Shown piece after piece: positions 35,963 to 46,744 of a stretch of 64,000 bases of DNA. Every line of letters starts with the position of its first letter. The first letter of the stretch is position 1. This DNA is from a virus (taxonomy: Duplodnaviria > Caudoviricetes), in the IMG/VR virus record IMGVR_UViG_3300025087_000034; one strand, written 5' to 3'. Below the pieces are notes generated by a model, which had not been told where the DNA came from, made no database searches, and was given only the letters and a program-made list of their open reading frames with translations. Made by a program: the position numbers and the translations under genes.

Positions 35963-37876
35963 ATGCCCGATAATCTAGATTCAAATTTCTTAAATAAATT
36001 AAACTCAAAATACACCAATGTAAAAGTCCATGACGTTGTAGAGAATGGTGATGGGTCTATCTCTATGGTATTAAGTGGTAATAAGGATAATCTATCTTTA
36101 ACTCTTAATAATGTAGGAAGACCTATAGATACTTTGGAAGATGTTGACATAAGTAAATTAAGAAGAGATAGAAAAAGAGGAAGGGAAGCAGCTTCTTCTT
36201 TAGTCACTAGAGATGTCTTAGGTGTAGATTATCTGGACCTATACACTACCCCTGGTATTTTAAGTGCTAGTCCGGCCGCTGTCTATGATCGTTCTACACT
36301 ATATTATAGAACAAAAGATGTTTACGGTTCCTCCATAGATTTACTTACCAATTTTGCTTCACGTGGATTTAAAAACTATATTGATGATATCGATATTCGT
36401 AATTTTTATAATAATTGGGTCATAGATACGGGCGTAGATGCTTTGGTTGAGCAGCTATTCTTTGAGATTTTTAGGTCCGGGTTAGTTAGAACCTATAAGA
36501 ATGTTGGTGCATATAAACCTAAGGTGAATCATGTCTCCACAATACCAGGGGCTGAGGTTCCGAAGGTTAGCGATGATGTTGCTTCCCTGACAAAGGCTAG
36601 GGTGGAAGCAAATGTTGCCAGATGTAAAAAAGACAGTGCAGCTAAGAAGATAAAGTGGTCTAAGGGATACTTACCCATAGATTATACTATATTAAATCCA
36701 TCCCATATAAGTATTGACCAACAGTCTTTGTTTGTTAAGCAAGAGTTAATAAGTATAAAGGGTAAGGCCTTCGAGGGATTAAAGAAGATGTTGGAAATCC
36801 CTCAGTCCTCATTGACTGAACACCAAAAGTTTATAATAAAAAATCTTCCTGCAGAGATAAAGCAGGCTGCCCAAGACGGCAAGGATTTGGAATTAGACCC
36901 TTACAGGGTTGGGGCTATTGACTATAGAAAACAGCCATATGAGGTTTATCCATTTCCCCGTGGTGCTCGTGCGTTTGAGAGCATGGAGTATAAGCAGGCT
37001 CTTAAGGAAGCGGACAGCAGCACACTAGATGGTATAACCAATTATATATTAGTTGTTACTGTAGGTGATAAAGATATCCCTGCTAATCAAACAGTACTAG
37101 AGTCTGTAGCTGATATGTTCAATACTACGTCAAAATCTTTCGACGTATTTTGGAATCACACTTTAAAGGTAGAAAGGCTGCAGCCCTCCGCTATTGGTGA
37201 CATACTTGGTCAGGATAAGTACAAACAGGTAAATGATGATATCACGGGGGCCTTTGGAATTATTCGGGCACTTATAGATGGAGGTGGGTCTCCTACACAA
37301 GCGGCTGCCGATTTAGCTGTTAAGTCTCTTATAGTAGAAATAGAGTATGTTAGGAAACTCGTGACACGATGGCTCTATGCTGAATATAGGGATGTTGCGG
37401 AGGCAATGGGGTTTGAGCGCTACCCTCAGGTTCAGTTTGATAATAACATACTTAAGAATGAGCTATTGTTCATGAACTTAGTACAGGGTATGATTGATAG
37501 AAGAATTATTTCCTATCGTACGGGCCATGACCTTCTTGGTCAGAACCATGAGACTATTTTGTCCGAGTTGGAGGCCGAGAAGCCTTTGGTTCTTGATGGT
37601 ACCTTGGGTGTTATTGGTTCTCCGTATAATGCTAGGGCGGTACCTTTGGCTGATAAGGTTCAGAAAACTCCAGAAGGAATACCTTCAGAGGGGCGCCCCC
37701 GCAATAAGCCAGCTAAGACTCCTGCGCCTGCCACTAACCCTAAAAAAGTTAAGGTGGATAAGGATACGGAGACAAGTGCTGGTATAGAGGTTCCTAATTT
37801 TATAAAAAATTTGAGCGCGGAAGAAAAAGATTTGTTCATAGAATTCATGTTAAAAAAACTAACTAGTAATAAATAG
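35963..37876 (+). CDS. Portal protein
   Basis: Size and position directly after terL, before protease/scaffold/capsid. Confidence 0.72.
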   Translation: MPDNLDSNFLNKLNSKYTNVKVHDVVENGDGSISMVLSGNKDNLSLTLNNVGRPIDTLEDVDISKLRRDRKRGREAASSLVTRDVLGVDYLDLYTTPGILSASPAAVYDRSTLYYRTKDVYGSSIDLLTNFASRGFKNYIDDIDIRNFYNNWVIDTGVDALVEQLFFEIFRSGLVRTYKNVGAYKPKVNHVSTIPGAEVPKVSDDVASLTKARVEANVARCKKDSAAKKIKWSKGYLPIDYTILNPSHISIDQQSLFVKQELISIKGKAFEGLKKMLEIPQSSLTEHQKFIIKNLPAEIKQAAQDGKDLELDPYRVGAIDYRKQPYEVYPFPRGARAFESMEYKQALKEADSSTLDGITNYILVVTVGDKDIPANQTVLESVADMFNTTSKSFDVFWNHTLKVERLQPSAIGDILGQDKYKQVNDDITGAFGIIRALIDGGGSPTQAAADLAVKSLIVEIEYVRKLVTRWLYAEYRDVAEAMGFERYPQVQFDNNILKNELLFMNLVQGMIDRRIISYRTGHDLLGQNHETILSELEAEKPLVLDGTLGVIGSPYNARAVPLADKVQKTPEGIPSEGRPRNKPAKTPAPATNPKKVKVDKDTETSAGIEVPNFIKNLSAEEKDLFIEFMLKKLTSNK

Positions 37877-37890
37877 GGAATATTAAAACC

Positions 37891-39528
37891 ATGCCAGAAA
37901 ATCTAATTCGTTTATATGCAGACTTACAAACAGCAGAACCAACAAAAGAAATGGCTGCTGCTCTTTCTATCCCCTCAATAGATAAAAGACAATTAGATCT
38001 TCAATATTTTACTGCTGTTTTTGTTTCTTCTGGTATGAATTTGAATAATGCTTATTTTCTTCCGTCTGAACTTATAAAGGCTCGTGAAACTATAGCTGAA
38101 AAACCACTAGACAAGGAGCATGTATTAACTGATATAGTTGGTCATTTGTATTCTAGCGCGTTTGCGTATAAAGATGGGTCTGTTTTTGATCCAGTGGCTA
38201 TGTTGGATGTTTTGGGCACTGAAATTGAGAAGATGCCCATGAACATTGTAATGGCTGCTCGTTTGTATAAGGCTGTATTTCCAGAACTAGCTGAGGAAAT
38301 CGCCTCTGGTCAGTGGAAAGTTTCTATGGAGTGCTTCTTTAAGGATTACGATCTTATTGTAAATAATATAATTATTCCTAGAACGGAGGTTGAGAGTGCT
38401 GGTTATTCAAAAGCCATAGGTAAGAGGGTTAAGGTTGTTGAGGGCAATAGAGAAGTAGGGGAACATGTTATTGGTAGGGTTCTAAGGGACATTATTTTCT
38501 GTGGTTGTGGTTTGGTTAAGAATCCCGCTAATCTTGAATCTGTAATTTTAGAGACGGCGGCAGAAAAAGAAACAGGACAAATGAATCCTAACATAATTTT
38601 AGATCTCACAAGGATAGATAGTTATATGAAAAACAAAAAGGAAGATGAACTATTGATTGTCAACAGACTTAAGTCGGATATGCCTTTTATAGAAGCTTCT
38701 TATGGTGGTGTGCATAATCATAAACAGGGGATATTTTTGGATGACACTGCCCTTGGTGGGGGTCATTACCATATGGTATACCCAGAGGATATGCCGAGAG
38801 GATCTAATTTTTATTTTATGGATGATGGGTCACATAGACATACTTTGGATGAGTCTAGTGTAGTTTCTATGGAAGAAGAGCATGCTCATGATGTATATTT
38901 TTCCATGGATAATACCGTGTTGGTATTAAGGACAGATGTTGTTACTCCTCATTCACATGAGGTTGCAGAGGTGCACGATGGTAAGATATATTTAACTCTT
39001 TCTGGAGGCCACAAACATAGAGTAACATTGCCAGATGGTACAAAAGTTTATACATTAACAGTAGAAGAAATGTTGGAAAAATTAAAAAAGGAACAAAAAG
39101 AAAAGTCAGCACAAAATATAATAAAACAAGATGCAGATGGGTTTGAACAATTAACACCCCCTGAGATATGTGTAAGTTTCAAACGCTATGTTTATGCTAT
39201 GGGTGGAGATGATCCTGGAGTTCCGGCTAATGCTGACCCTACTCCAGGTATGGTACCACAGGTAGAATCTCTTCCTATGCCTGCAGTTCCTGGAGCTGAA
39301 ATAACCCAAATGGATAAGATTGTAGCAGAAAATTGGTGTGCATTATTTGATATGCCCTGTCCAGTACCTGGTGGGCTGGCTACACATAGGGACTGTTTTA
39401 GGTGGGAATTACAAGAATCTTTGTCTGGTATAGTAAAAGAACGTATGAAGTTGGGGGCCAGTAAGATAGAACAATATTTTGGTTCCCTAATAGAAATTCT
39501 CAGGGAGGTCAAAAAGGAAAATAAATAA
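37891..39528 (+). CDS. Prohead protease-like protein with a His-rich insertion
   Basis: Position; NLNN..F..EL, DKEH, VSMEC motif; six HxH motifs in the middle. Confidence 0.6.
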   Translation: MPENLIRLYADLQTAEPTKEMAAALSIPSIDKRQLDLQYFTAVFVSSGMNLNNAYFLPSELIKARETIAEKPLDKEHVLTDIVGHLYSSAFAYKDGSVFDPVAMLDVLGTEIEKMPMNIVMAARLYKAVFPELAEEIASGQWKVSMECFFKDYDLIVNNIIIPRTEVESAGYSKAIGKRVKVVEGNREVGEHVIGRVLRDIIFCGCGLVKNPANLESVILETAAEKETGQMNPNIILDLTRIDSYMKNKKEDELLIVNRLKSDMPFIEASYGGVHNHKQGIFLDDTALGGGHYHMVYPEDMPRGSNFYFMDDGSHRHTLDESSVVSMEEEHAHDVYFSMDNTVLVLRTDVVTPHSHEVAEVHDGKIYLTLSGGHKHRVTLPDGTKVYTLTVEEMLEKLKKEQKEKSAQNIIKQDADGFEQLTPPEICVSFKRYVYAMGGDDPGVPANADPTPGMVPQVESLPMPAVPGAEITQMDKIVAENWCALFDMPCPVPGGLATHRDCFRWELQESLSGIVKERMKLGASKIEQYFGSLIEILREVKKENK

Positions 39529-39560
39529 AAGGGGACCTCCCATAGTGGGAGGTATGTATA

Positions 39561-40055
39561 ATGTCAAAAAGGGGTATAGACGGTTGTTTTAAGGGTATTA
39601 AGGAACAGGTAGATAGAGCAAGGAAGCATTTAATGGATTTAAAGGACCATGAAAACGCGGAGAAATGGACGAGGAAGTATATAAATGATTTACCCAACGC
39701 TGCTTTTGCTGTGGTAGAAAAAGGGTACTCAGATGGGGACAATAAGAGTTCTAGACATTTGCCTCATCATAATAGTGGTGTTAAGTCAGCGACAGAAAAC
39801 TCTTCAGTTGATATCTCGCACCTAAGAAATGCGTATGCTCGTGCAAATCAAATAAAGAGTGTTCTGGGAACAGAAAGCGATTCTGTTTTGAGGAAAAAAG
39901 CAGTGGCCCATTTGGAGAAACACAGGGCGGTGCTAAAAAAGGCAGAGTCAAATTTTAATGAATTCGAAAAGTGCTTATGGGAGAAATGTGAACAGGTGTA
40001 TAACAAGAATATCGCCCCTCTTCTTAATGAAGAACTGGAGGAGGAGAATAACTAA
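39561..40055 (+). CDS. Head-module hypothetical protein
   Basis: INDLPNAAFA..RHLPHH..HLRNAYAR motif, of a type I recall from phage head loci. Confidence 0.6.
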   Translation: MSKRGIDGCFKGIKEQVDRARKHLMDLKDHENAEKWTRKYINDLPNAAFAVVEKGYSDGDNKSSRHLPHHNSGVKSATENSSVDISHLRNAYARANQIKSVLGTESDSVLRKKAVAHLEKHRAVLKKAESNFNEFEKCLWEKCEQVYNKNIAPLLNEELEEENN

Positions 40056-40360
40056 TGACGTATGAAGGCGTTCCCAATAAGAAAAGACGTCTATATATGG
40101 ACGAATCTGGGAACTCAGTTCCACTAGATTTAAAGGCAGAATCTTTGGGCCTTGGTTTTTTGCCCGGTTCTGGTATTTTGAATTCTGGTGGATGGCTCAC
40201 TGTTACGGGTACGCAGTTTAAGGTGGATTCTTTCATCTATGCTGCATACGAGGCGGCTGCTGCAGGCACTGTCCCGATGGCTATACAAAGGCTATCGGGT
40301 GCCGCTACTTTCTTTGGTGATGCCAGTACTGGGTTCTTCTATTTTGTTTTAGGTGCTTAG
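40055..40360 (+). CDS. Hypothetical virion protein
   Basis: 101-aa ORF, GGAGG RBS. Confidence 0.6.
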   Translation: MTYEGVPNKKRRLYMDESGNSVPLDLKAESLGLGFLPGSGILNSGGWLTVTGTQFKVDSFIYAAYEAAAAGTVPMAIQRLSGAATFFGDASTGFFYFVLGA

Positions 40361-40389
40361 TCTATATTAGACGTATTTAGGAGGTTAAT

Positions 40390-41094
40390 ATGGCCATTAA
40401 TGAGAAGTTAATGGGAGAACTCAAGGAGATGGTTATAGCCGTTCTTGGTGAATCAGCACTAGCCAGTTTTGAACAGAAACTGGGGGAAGTTACTGAGGAT
40501 GCTAAGAAAGCTATTTCTGATCTTGTAGAAAGGACTTCGGAATTGGAGGCTCTTTTGTCTGAGAAGAAGGTGGAATTAGAAGCCTTAGAGTTGGAGAAGT
40601 CTGGATTGGTAGGGTCCCTTGAGGCAAAGGTTGTTGAACTAGAGGCCGTTAAGGCTGATAGGGATGTTTTGGCTGGTAAAGTTGCTGCGGTGGAGGCTAG
40701 TTTAGAAGAGGTTCGTTTGGATGGTGTGGCTTCTGTTCGTATGGGTGAGTTAGCAGGTCTTGGTATTGTGCGTAAGTCTGAAGAGGCTGCAAAGGTTCAG
40801 TCTGCCAAGGTAAGAGTAATGTCAGACGAAGAGTTTGTTCTGTATCGGGACGAACTGGTTGTATTAAAGTCTGAGTTCTCTGCTCCTGTAAGTACTGAGA
40901 TGGCAAGCCTAGCTAGTGAGTACGGCAATGTCACCCCGCCGGCAGATGTTTCCGATGAAGCTGCCTTATCTGTTCTACCTAACCTTGCTGGTGGTGGACA
41001 GAGTAGAAAGCAGTTTTTAGAGGAAATAGAAAAAGATTTTGGTAACTTCTTAGCTTCTGGGCGTGGCTCTGAGGCTGAAGAAGGTAATAGTTAA
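40390..41094 (+). CDS. Scaffold-like coiled-coil protein
   Basis: Acidic heptad-rich sequence before the decoration and capsid genes. Confidence 0.6.
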   Translation: MAINEKLMGELKEMVIAVLGESALASFEQKLGEVTEDAKKAISDLVERTSELEALLSEKKVELEALELEKSGLVGSLEAKVVELEAVKADRDVLAGKVAAVEASLEEVRLDGVASVRMGELAGLGIVRKSEEAAKVQSAKVRVMSDEEFVLYRDELVVLKSEFSAPVSTEMASLASEYGNVTPPADVSDEAALSVLPNLAGGGQSRKQFLEEIEKDFGNFLASGRGSEAEEGNS

Positions 41095-41110
41095 TAGGAG
41101 GAAATAAACT

Positions 41111-41596
41111 ATGGTGTTACAATTAAGACATCCCGCTGAGGAAGTGCAGTTCCTAAAGTTCACTGCTTCCCCAACGGAGGATCGCCCGATTCCTGCTGGA
41201 CGAGTAGTTCGTCTTGTAGCGGATAGGGCAGTTGATACGATCGCTACTGCATCATCCGATGTAGCCTATGGCTGGTTAATGCAGGGTATAAAGGATGAGT
41301 ATTCCGATTTTCCGGAGGGGTTCCGCCTTCGTGGGGACCTGGGTTCTTCTTGGGCCTTCCCTGGAGATCCGGTAGGCGTTGCTTGTGGACCTGGGGCAGT
41401 GTATGAGACCGACCAGTATGTAGACGAAGCTGCTGATGGTATCGTCTTTGGTACCCTTCTTTATCCTGATAATGAAGGCTCCCTTTCCGATACCAATGCC
41501 GACACTGCTGGGTCTGCAGCCGCTGTCGCGATGAACACTCTTACCGCTGCTCAGTGTGCCGCTGGCGACATGCTGCTTATCAAAGCACTTGTTTAA
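41111..41596 (+). CDS. Head decoration/cement protein
   Basis: Ala/Gly-rich ~160 aa directly upstream of the MCP; YETDQ motif. Confidence 0.6.
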   Translation: MVLQLRHPAEEVQFLKFTASPTEDRPIPAGRVVRLVADRAVDTIATASSDVAYGWLMQGIKDEYSDFPEGFRLRGDLGSSWAFPGDPVGVACGPGAVYETDQYVDEAADGIVFGTLLYPDNEGSLSDTNADTAGSAAAVAMNTLTAAQCAAGDMLLIKALV

Positions 41597-41609
41597 GGAG
41601 GTAATGACA

Positions 41610-42683
41610 ATGAGTATGGACCTAAGTAAGTTAAAAGAGTATGTTAGGGCGGTAGCTACGGCTGACGAATCTTCTAGGGAAGTTTTACTTAAGGAGTTTT
41701 GTGCCGCTATTAGAACCCCCATTCTTCAGGAAATCAAGTATCAGTCTATAGCTCGTGAGCTGTTTGCTGTTGAGGTTCTGGAGCCCGGTGCTCAGGCTGT
41801 GTATCCGGTAGCTGACGATTTTGAGCTTCCTGTGTGGGTACTACCTGGTCTTGGCAAAGTAGCCCATCACTTTGTAGAGGGGACCGGTGAGGACGTGTAT
41901 GTGCCCACCTTCCGTATTGCCACTTCTGCTGAGTGGAAGTTGGACTATGCTGTTCATTCCCGTGTGGATATCTTAGCACGAGCCATGCGTAAGGCTGCTG
42001 CCGGTGTAGCTGAGTATGAGGAAGAGTCTGCTTGGCGTGTTATAGTTCCTGCTGGGACCACCAACTTTGCTGCCACGGGTCTTTTGAAGGCGCGTAATGC
42101 GGCTATTTATGAGGTTCCGGTGGGTACTCAGGGCGCTGGCTATCTTTCTAAGGAGCTTGTAAACCGTATGATTATTGGTATGCAGCGTAATGGGCGTACT
42201 TTGACGGATTTGTGGGTTTCTCCGGAAGACGCTGGTGATATTCGTGAATGGACGGAGACTGATGTTGATCCAGTAACTCGTCGTGAGGTATTCCAGGCTG
42301 GTGGTATGGGCAGTATTTGGAATGTAGCTATGCATGTATTCCCTCAGCTGGGTTCTCCTGGTAAGTTTAATATTAATGATTCGACTTCTTCATATGGTAT
42401 ATTCAAGGATACTGCTGGCTCATATCAGGATTACGTGGTAGACCATGGTAACGTGGTTGATGCCAACGGCCAGGTAACCACTCCTGGTGATACCCAGATT
42501 TGGGGCTTTGATATGACCGCCAACGACTCTTTGGTAATGCCCGTCCGTGAAGAGTTGCAGATTTGGGACGACCCCACCCTGCATCGACGCCAACTCCAAG
42601 GCTTCTATGGATGGGAGTCCTGTGGATGGGGGTGTTTGGATTCTCGTATGTTGAGTGTGGGTGTAATCGATCGTTCTCTCTAA
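41610..42683 (+). CDS. Major capsid protein (HK97 fold)
   Basis: Size, position, AAGGAGGT RBS, downstream terminator. Confidence 0.8.
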   Translation: MSMDLSKLKEYVRAVATADESSREVLLKEFCAAIRTPILQEIKYQSIARELFAVEVLEPGAQAVYPVADDFELPVWVLPGLGKVAHHFVEGTGEDVYVPTFRIATSAEWKLDYAVHSRVDILARAMRKAAAGVAEYEEESAWRVIVPAGTTNFAATGLLKARNAAIYEVPVGTQGAGYLSKELVNRMIIGMQRNGRTLTDLWVSPEDAGDIREWTETDVDPVTRREVFQAGGMGSIWNVAMHVFPQLGSPGKFNINDSTSSYGIFKDTAGSYQDYVVDHGNVVDANGQVTTPGDTQIWGFDMTANDSLVMPVREELQIWDDPTLHRRQLQGFYGWESCGWGCLDSRMLSVGVIDRSL

Positions 42684-42698
42684 TTAATTAGAGTTTCC

Positions 42699-42737
42699 TA
42701 CCAGTTAGGTTTTAGTACCTAACTGGTACAAGTTTTT
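42699..42737 (+). terminator. Intrinsic terminator after the MCP
   Basis: 11-bp stem TACCAGTTAGG/CCTAACTGGTA followed by a T-run. Confidence 0.65.
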
Positions 42738-42794
42738 AATTTCTTTCTTTACATTTTTCTTCTTTTTTCTTATTTTTATTAAGAAGACGGAGAT

Positions 42795-44459
42795 GTGTTT
42801 ATGAGCAATAATAAGGTACAAGAAAATAAAAAGTGTTTAAATGTGGATAGGAAGATAGCCTGGTGTAGAAATAAGCTGGACGAGATTGGTGTCTATATGG
42901 GGGCATTTAGTTATACCCTGGTTTCAGATAGTTATAAAAATAATAAAATTAAATTAGAGACCTTGTGTCCTAATGGCCATAGGTGGTTTGTTAGGTGGAG
43001 TGATTTTAGGGTTGGTAAGCGGTGTCCTTGTGAAACCAACAATATGCCAATAACTAAAGAGGTAGTGATAGAAGTTTTAAAGGTTTATGGTTTCGACCTT
43101 GTTTCCGATACCTATGTAGATAATAAAACACCCATAAAGATAAGGTGTACTCATGGGCATACCACGGAAATGAGTTATAGCCATTTCTATAATAGACCTC
43201 ATTGTAGTGAGTGTTGGAGAAAAACACTACCAACATATAGCAAGATAAAAGAACACTTTGTTGTTATGGGTTATACCTTATTGTCGGATAATTATGTGGG
43301 ATCTAAGAAACTTTTAAGATATAAGTGTAAAGAAGGACATATAAATTATATGTCTTGGAATAACTTTAGTAGAAAGTATAGATGCCCAGACTGTGCTAAT
43401 AATGCTTTATTAACTATACCTTTTTTGAGGGAAGAGTTTGGTAAAAGGGGATATACGTTAAATTCAGATATATATGAGGGCAACAAGAAAAAGTTGGACT
43501 GTACTTGTCCTTTGGGACATAAATGGTCTGTAAGTTGGAATTGTTTTAATCGTCCACAAGAATGTCCGAGGTGTAATAGAATGTCTTCAAAACCAGAACG
43601 TGAGATTAGGGATTTTGTTATTTCTTTATTAAGTGAAGAAGAAGTAATATGTAATGATAGGGAAACTATAGGTCCTTATGAATTGGATATTTTTATTCCC
43701 GCGAAAAAAGTTGCTATAGAATTTTGTGGTCTTTATTACCATTCCGAGGTCTCCGGAGGCAAGACGAACCGATATCACTATGATAAAATGGTAGCTTGCA
43801 ACCAGAAGGGCATAAGGCTTCTAGTAGTGTTCGAAGATGAATACACCAATAGAAAGGAAGTAGTTCTTTCAAGAATACAGAACGCAATAGGTGTTGGACT
43901 AAAACGAGTATACGCACGACAGTGTGAAATACGAGAAATAGATTCAAAAACAGCAAATGCATTTTTGTTAGAATTTCACTTACAAGGTAAAAGTAATTCA
44001 ACTAAAAGGTGGGGTTTATATTATAAGGATTTATTGGTAGCTGTACTTACGGCAGGGTTCCCCGCTCGCGCTCATACGTCGGGCGGGAAACGGGTTCTTG
44101 AAATAAAGCGGTTCGCTTCTAGGGGTGGGTATAGTATTGTAGGCGGAGCGTCAAAGTTGTTTGGCAAAGCTAAGGAGTTTGCTATAGAGCAGGACTTTGA
44201 GGTGATTAAGAGCTATTGCGACAGACGCTATGAGTCACTTCGGCCCGTCTACGAGCAGCTGGGATTGGTAATGCAATCATACACTAAATATACGCCTCAC
44301 TATATTAGTCCTGATTATAAAGTACGGGTCCGCAATCAAGGATTGAGAAAAACTCCGGAAGAAAGACTCACTGGAAAAAGTGAGTGGGAGCTTAGGAGAG
44401 AACAGGGCTACGATCGCATATTTGATTGTGGACATAGAACATATGTTATGGAGCTCTAG
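42795..44459 (+). mobile_element. Hef-like putative homing endonuclease with four Zn-finger repeats
   Basis: Y.L.SD.Y....C..GH...W..F...C..C x4; ELDIFIP..AIEFCGLYYH; YARQC, HLQG, IVGGASKL, SYCDRR. Confidence 0.75.
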
Positions 44460-44467
44460 TTTTTGTT

Positions 44468-45916
44468 GTGGGAAAGCTATCTAAAGAGTATAATTTGGCT
44501 GTTCTCTATCCGGACTTAGCTAAACAATGGCACCTTACTAAGAATAAGGGGGGCCCTGAACAATATTTACCAAAGTCTTGTAAAAAAGCCTGGTGGTTTG
44601 AAGAAAAAGATGGTGTTTTTTATGAATGGAAAGCAAAGATACAAAATAGGGTTAGTAACGGTGCAGGTAATCCATATATTTGTGGTCAATCTGTGGGGTA
44701 TGGAAATGATTTAGCTTCGCTACGTCCAGATTTAGCTAAACAATGGCACCCAACTAAAAACGAAAAGGGCCCAGAGCAGTACACCATAGGTACCCATAAG
44801 AAAGTGTGGTGGCTTGAGGAGATTGAGGGGGTTGTGTACGAGTGGTTGTCTCCCATATACCACAGGGTTAGGGGAGATAACAACCCATATTTGTCTGGTA
44901 GGGCGGTTGGGTATGGGAATGATTTAGCTTCGCTACGTCCAGATTTAGCTAAACAATGGCACCCAACTAAAAACGAAAAGGGCCCGGAGTGTTATGTTCC
45001 AATGTCCAGCAAAAAAGTTTGGTGGTGCGAGGAGGCTGGTGGAGTTTTTTACGAGTGGGAAGCCATTATACATAATAGAGTAAGGCTTGAGCAAGGTAAT
45101 CCTTATTTATCGGGGCATAAGGCTGGTTATGGTAACGATTTGGCTACTTTGATGCCTGATTTAGCTAGACAGTGGCACCCTACTAAAAATAAGAAAGGGC
45201 CAGAGCATTATACCTGTGGCTCACCGAAGAAGGTTTGGTGGGTACAAGAGGTCGGTGGGGTTGTATATGAGTGGCAGATGTCTATTTATAGCAGAGTTAA
45301 GCTTGGTTGTAATAACCCCTATTTGTCTGGTCAATCTGTGGGGTATGGAAATGATTTGGCATCGCTATGTCCCGATTTAGTTAAACAATGGCACCCAACC
45401 AGGAATAAAAAAGGTCCCGAATGTTATACTATAGGGTCTGGTAAAAGGGCCTGGTGGTGTGAGGAGGTTGGTGGGGTTTTTTATGAGTGGCCGGCAACAA
45501 TCTACAGTAGGGTTCACGGGAGTGGTAACCCATATATTTGTGGGGGGCCTATCTCTAAGATTTCACAGCAGTGGCTGGATTTTTTAGGGGTACCCAATAA
45601 TGTAGGTACTACAAGGGAATTTTTAATAAATGTAGGTACTAAGTCTTTTAGGGTTGATGGTTTTAACCCGGAAACCAAAACTGTTTATGAGTTTCTAGGT
45701 ACTATTTGGCACGGCGATCCTAGGGTATGTCAGTCTTTAGACAGAAATCCTTTTAATAAAAGGACCTATGGCCAGCTTTACTATGAAACTCTTGAACGTT
45801 TCGACCTGATAAGGTCCGTGGGATATAGTATAAAATATGTTTGGGAAAGTGATTTTAGGGCGGGAAAAAAGTTCTCAGTAGGTAGTTTTCAAAAGGAGGG
45901 AAAGTATGAGTATTAG
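44468..45916 (+). mobile_element. Putative homing endonuclease: five Zn-less DUF4379-like repeats plus a PD-(D/E)xK-type nuclease
   Basis: GYGNDLA.L.PDLAKQWHPTKN.KGPE x5; VDGFN..VYEFLGTIWHGDP..YVWE. Confidence 0.75.
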
Positions 45917-46370
45917 TGGTTTTGTATTGAATAATACAGGAAGGGCCAAGTTTATATTTAAACGTTCAGTATATTTTGGAGCAAAGATATCCTTGAGCGA
46001 TTTATATAGTCTTTATTCTAAAGATTATGGAGGGGAGTTTGATACAAATTTTCTTGAGTGGTTAGAAAAGAATAAGATGATCCCTGGTTTTGAGATAATT
46101 ATAGGTGATATAGAAATTTCTTCGGCGCCAGAAGAAAAATCCCCAGAAAGGCTTGAAGAAGAAAGAGAACTATTTGTAAAACAAGTTCCCCCAAATAAGC
46201 TAACAGCACGAGATATATCTGAACTCAAAATTAAAGACGACCCAAAAAGAATTATACGAACAATAAATAGTAAGACAAAGTTACGAAGGGCACTTACACT
46301 CTGTAAGGGTCGAGCAGGAAAGGAAACTCTCCTAAAATATATTCATGAAAGGATTTCAGAACTACTATAA
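45906..46370 (+). CDS. Hypothetical protein
   Basis: 154-aa ORF. Confidence 0.65.
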   Translation: MSISGFVLNNTGRAKFIFKRSVYFGAKISLSDLYSLYSKDYGGEFDTNFLEWLEKNKMIPGFEIIIGDIEISSAPEEKSPERLEEERELFVKQVPPNKLTARDISELKIKDDPKRIIRTINSKTKLRRALTLCKGRAGKETLLKYIHERISELL

Positions 46371-46727
46371 ATGTTTCATTATTTTGTTTTCATTCTTATA
46401 TGTTCTATAGTTATAGAAGCTCTTACTGAACTTCTTTCAAAGTCTCTTATATTTGCTCCTTTTGTTGATTGGCTTTTGTCTTTTGAAGGAAGAAGTAAAA
46501 TTTTACATTTCTTTGGAAGAGCTTTTGACTGTGGATACTGCTGCAGCGCTTGGATGAGCATTTTTATTACAGGTTTGGTTTTTATTTTTAGCCCGCTGAA
46601 ATTTTTTGGGTTTGTTTTATTAGATATATTTATGTTTATGATAATTTGTCATAGATTGGCAAATTATATACATAATCTACAAGATAGGGTATATTATAAC
46701 AAGGGTGTTGATAGAAAAAACACCTAG
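46371..46727 (+). CDS. Membrane protein (DUF1360-like, possible holin)
   Basis: Three hydrophobic segments; CGYCCSAW motif. Confidence 0.55.
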   Translation: MFHYFVFILICSIVIEALTELLSKSLIFAPFVDWLLSFEGRSKILHFFGRAFDCGYCCSAWMSIFITGLVFIFSPLKFFGFVLLDIFMFMIICHRLANYIHNLQDRVYYNKGVDRKNT

Positions 46728-46744
46728 ATTTTAGGAGGTTTAGA

